Assembly: GCA_013115125.1 (NCBI GenBank)
Contig: JABANN010000069.1
Span: forward strand, 61,283-81,282
DNA from: Perkinsus olseni
Taxonomy: Eukaryota
Reading direction: 5' to 3'
DNA length: 20,000 bases
Position 1 is the stretch's first letter. The number at the start of each line of letters is the position of its first letter. The position numbers and the translations under genes were made by a program. This document shows, piece after piece, positions 17,679-20,000 of the stretch. A model generated the notes under the pieces. That model had not been told where the DNA came from. It saw only the letters and a program-made list of their open reading frames with translations, and searched no databases.

Positions 17679-17986
17679 ACGGCTGTCGGGACACCATTGG
17701 TGATGCCTTAAGGCGCGATGTATTCTCATCGAGCCACCAGACCGTTTATGACTCTTCTTCCTTCGCCTTACCTGGCAACAAGCCTCGGGTTGACGAAAAT
17801 CAAACAACAGGGCCACGTCGGCGACGCCACATCTGTCCACCGTGAGGATGAGCGCGCCACTGCATTCGCACACACCCATGTGCTTGCGTGCTATTGGCTC
17901 GTACGAAAATAGCTCGCGTTATTGCAGCTCAATGAAACCCAGTGCAAGCGCTGGTTCCAAGTTACGCTCAGGTTAGTTATATAGAA

Positions 17987-18421
17987 ATGAAGTCCTTCGT
18001 CGTGACGACCCTGCTCATTGCTTCTGTTATCTTGTTAGTTCAAGACGATGGTGCCAAGGCCACCGATGTGAAAGAGTTCAATCCCCGCATCGCGCAAGAT
18101 GACGGCGCCGACGGCCGTATGCTGTCGGTCGATGCCCCTCGAGATTCCTCCCGTCGTGGGCGCTTCCTTCAAGGTCGTGGCGGCGACGGTCAAGCTGGGA
18201 GCGATGGTCGTACCGGCCGTGGAGGTCGTGGTGGTCGTGGTGGTTGTGCTGGTGCTTCTGGGGAAAGCGGCGCTGCTGGCGGTAATGGCGGTGGTCGCGG
18301 TGGTAGTGGTGGTTCTGGCTATCCCGGTGGTGGCGGCGGCGGGGGTGGTGGCGGAGGTGGAGGAGGGGGTGGTGGAGATGGAGGCGCTGGCGGTGACGGC
18401 GGTGATGGCGGCTGCAGATAG
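17987..18421 (+). CDS. secreted glycine-rich protein, 144 aa, intronless
   Basis: Signal-peptide-like MKSFVVTTLLIASVILLV, then a charged region with GRML and GRFLQ, then ~80 aa of Gly-rich sequence (GRGGDGQAG...GGCR*) encoded by mixed GGN codons. Confidence 0.8.
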   Translation: MKSFVVTTLLIASVILLVQDDGAKATDVKEFNPRIAQDDGADGRMLSVDAPRDSSRRGRFLQGRGGDGQAGSDGRTGRGGRGGRGGCAGASGESGAAGGNGGGRGGSGGSGYPGGGGGGGGGGGGGGGGGDGGAGGDGGDGGCR

Positions 18422-19658
18422 CTCGGGGCCTAGTATGGCGGCGGCGGTCGACTGCAATTGCGGACCAGATTAATGACCCTGCCATTAGAACCATGCGTGC
18501 CCGTGTTGGTGTATTTCAGTAGCCGCCCAGTTTATCTTTCTCTTCCGGTGTACTCAATCACCATTTGGCGTCTCAGCATCGCCATTCGGCTATTCGTTCA
18601 GCACAGTTCTGCTATGATCGACACTACCATTACACATTATTTCATTCGTCCGCGATCATTAGCTGAGGCTCTTTCAGTCAGTCTTTCACGACAGTCCTCG
18701 CCATAGCATAGCGAACGTACTCATAATCACGTTGGGTAGCGTTTGTAGTATCGCATGCGGTGCGAGGATAATGGTCGAACGCTGTCGTGTATCCGAGAAG
18801 CGATGTACATGACAATCCCAGTCTAGTCGAAAGCGTGGGGATGCTCGCTCGCAAAGCGCCTGATGGTTTGGGTTTCGTTGCGATCACTGAGCCAGGGGCG
18901 CCAGCATGATGCGGACGCTTACAAGAGTATGCCAGACCCTTGATCCTGACGAATTGTCCCTGGCATGTCTATTGCGATGCTGGTCTGGTTGCTACCACGT
19001 GTAGCCTGAGGATCGTTCCCCACGACCTCTACCACACCACTGCTAGGAACTCCCTCGAAGTGGGAAGGTGCAGGCTCTCGCCTGGTTACTCGGGTATCCG
19101 CGTTCATGCTTATATGAATCGTCCTCGTCTGGTCGATTAGACTGCATACTACCGATCGAGTACATCTTTAATAGCCTACGACCAAGAGGCAGAGCCATTC
19201 TCAGTCACCGGACTCCTGGCAGCACGACAACCAGGTAATGCAATGCTTATCCTCAATTTTAACTTCTCCAGAGCTTGGGCGTGGCGAGCGAGAGCGAAAT
19301 CCGACGTGACAGTAGCTGTATTAATCTCCCAAAACGATGCCGCTTTCAAGGTCGATACGTTTTTTGATCGCAAAAGTATCATATTTGTTCTCTTCGCTCA
19401 TCGGACAACGACAGGCGTTATCTCCTCGTTCTGATTCAAATGTGGTAATGGACATCCACCTACGAGATTAAGAGGCGAGTAGACCAGAGGTCGATTCAAG
19501 GAAACCTCGGGCGGCCGCACAGCTAATCTACTGGTAGTTCCAAAGCCGGGTGCTCAATGAGTACAATGTTCTGACGCTTCCTGGCGACTGCACAGTGTGC
19601 ATTGCACACTCCCAAAAGATGGAGGGTTCGGTCGGATCGGAGGTTACCATCGGAAGCT

Positions 19659-19708
19659 GAGGACCTGCTGATCTGCAGTCAGCCGCTCTACCACTGAGCT
19701 ACACACCC
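19659..19708 (-). pseudogene. 3'-truncated tRNA-Cys(GCA) copy 9 (first 50 nt only)
   Basis: Matches the consensus exactly from G1 into the 5' strand of the T stem, then runs into unrelated sequence. Confidence 0.85.
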
Positions 19709-19786
19709 GAACGAGTTGTGAAAGATAAGTCTAATTCGTTTTCTGTAGCTCCGCATCATGAAAACAGCTGATCACACAGACTACGA

Positions 19787-19858
19787 AGGACGGGCCCGGA
19801 TTTGAACCGAGGACCTGCAGATCTGCAGTCAGCCGCTCTACCACTGAGCTGCACACCC
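19787..19858 (-). pseudogene. degenerate tRNA-Cys(GCA) copy 10
   Basis: U8>C, a T:T mismatch in the anticodon stem and an acceptor-stem mismatch. Confidence 0.75.
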
Positions 19859-19938
19859 GAACGAGCAACGGAAAATAAGTCCAACTCGTTTTCTGTAGCT
19901 GTTCTTCGCGAAAATTACTGTTCACAAACCGACTACGA

Positions 19939-20000
19939 AGGGCGCGCCCGGATTTGAACCGAGGACCTGCTGATCTGCAGTCAGCCGCTCTACCACTGAG
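19939..20000 (-). tRNA. tRNA-Cys(GCA) copy 11; 5' 10 nt lie beyond the window
   Basis: The visible 62 nt are identical to intact copy 3. Confidence 0.85.

Larger units (their letters stand above)
16690..19658. other. ~2.97-kb unique block interrupting the tRNA-Cys array (candidate tRNA-targeted insertion)
   Basis: It begins exactly at nucleotide +1 of copy 8 and ends inside the T arm of copy 9. No transposase, reverse transcriptase, integrase or terminal inverted repeats recognised. Confidence 0.55.

Noticed and set aside
18035-18494. Thr/Ala-rich, His/Arg-rich and Val-rich ORFs overlapping the Gly-rich gene
   Set aside because: They are shadow frames of GGN codon runs; only the Gly frame has an ATG plus a signal-peptide-like start.
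18900-19480. Possible minus-strand gene inside the 3-kb block (ORFs 19176-19382, 18919-19107)
   Set aside because: In-frame stops, no consistent splice path and no recognisable domain; at most a decayed fragment.
1-20000. Stop-codon reassignment or prokaryotic origin to explain the fragmented ORF track
   Set aside because: All recognisable genes assemble with the standard code and GT-AG introns.

Overview
Eukaryotic, gene-dense DNA of roughly 50% GC with many short (about 43-60 nt) GT-AG introns. The style suggests an alveolate protist such as Perkinsus (inference, not verified). Hand-spliced + strand genes are: the 3' end of an unknown gene (1-284); a 197-aa protein ending in a Btk/CHORD-like Cys/His motif (2317-3678); an SPF30/SMNDC1-like splicing factor with two Tudor domains (3804-6320); an atypical Rab-like GTPase whose G3/switch-II motif is destroyed (6987-9047); a 17-exon malic enzyme with Phe at the catalytic Tyr position (9124-13933); an intronless ~405-aa hypothetical protein (14281-15498); and a secreted glycine-rich protein (17987-18421). 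A ~151-bp tandem array of minus-strand tRNA-Cys genes (8 copies at 15562-16689, 3 or more at 19659-20000, mostly degenerate, one with an ACA anticodon) is interrupted by a ~3-kb unique block that carries the Gly-rich gene and is flanked by a 50-nt duplication of the tRNA 5' part. The most interesting observations are a canonical intron (8974-9106) that would fuse the Rab-like domain in frame to the malic enzyme, the interrupted tRNA array, and several short motifs that recur in unrelated introns and at gene ends. All gene models were made by eye without transcript data.
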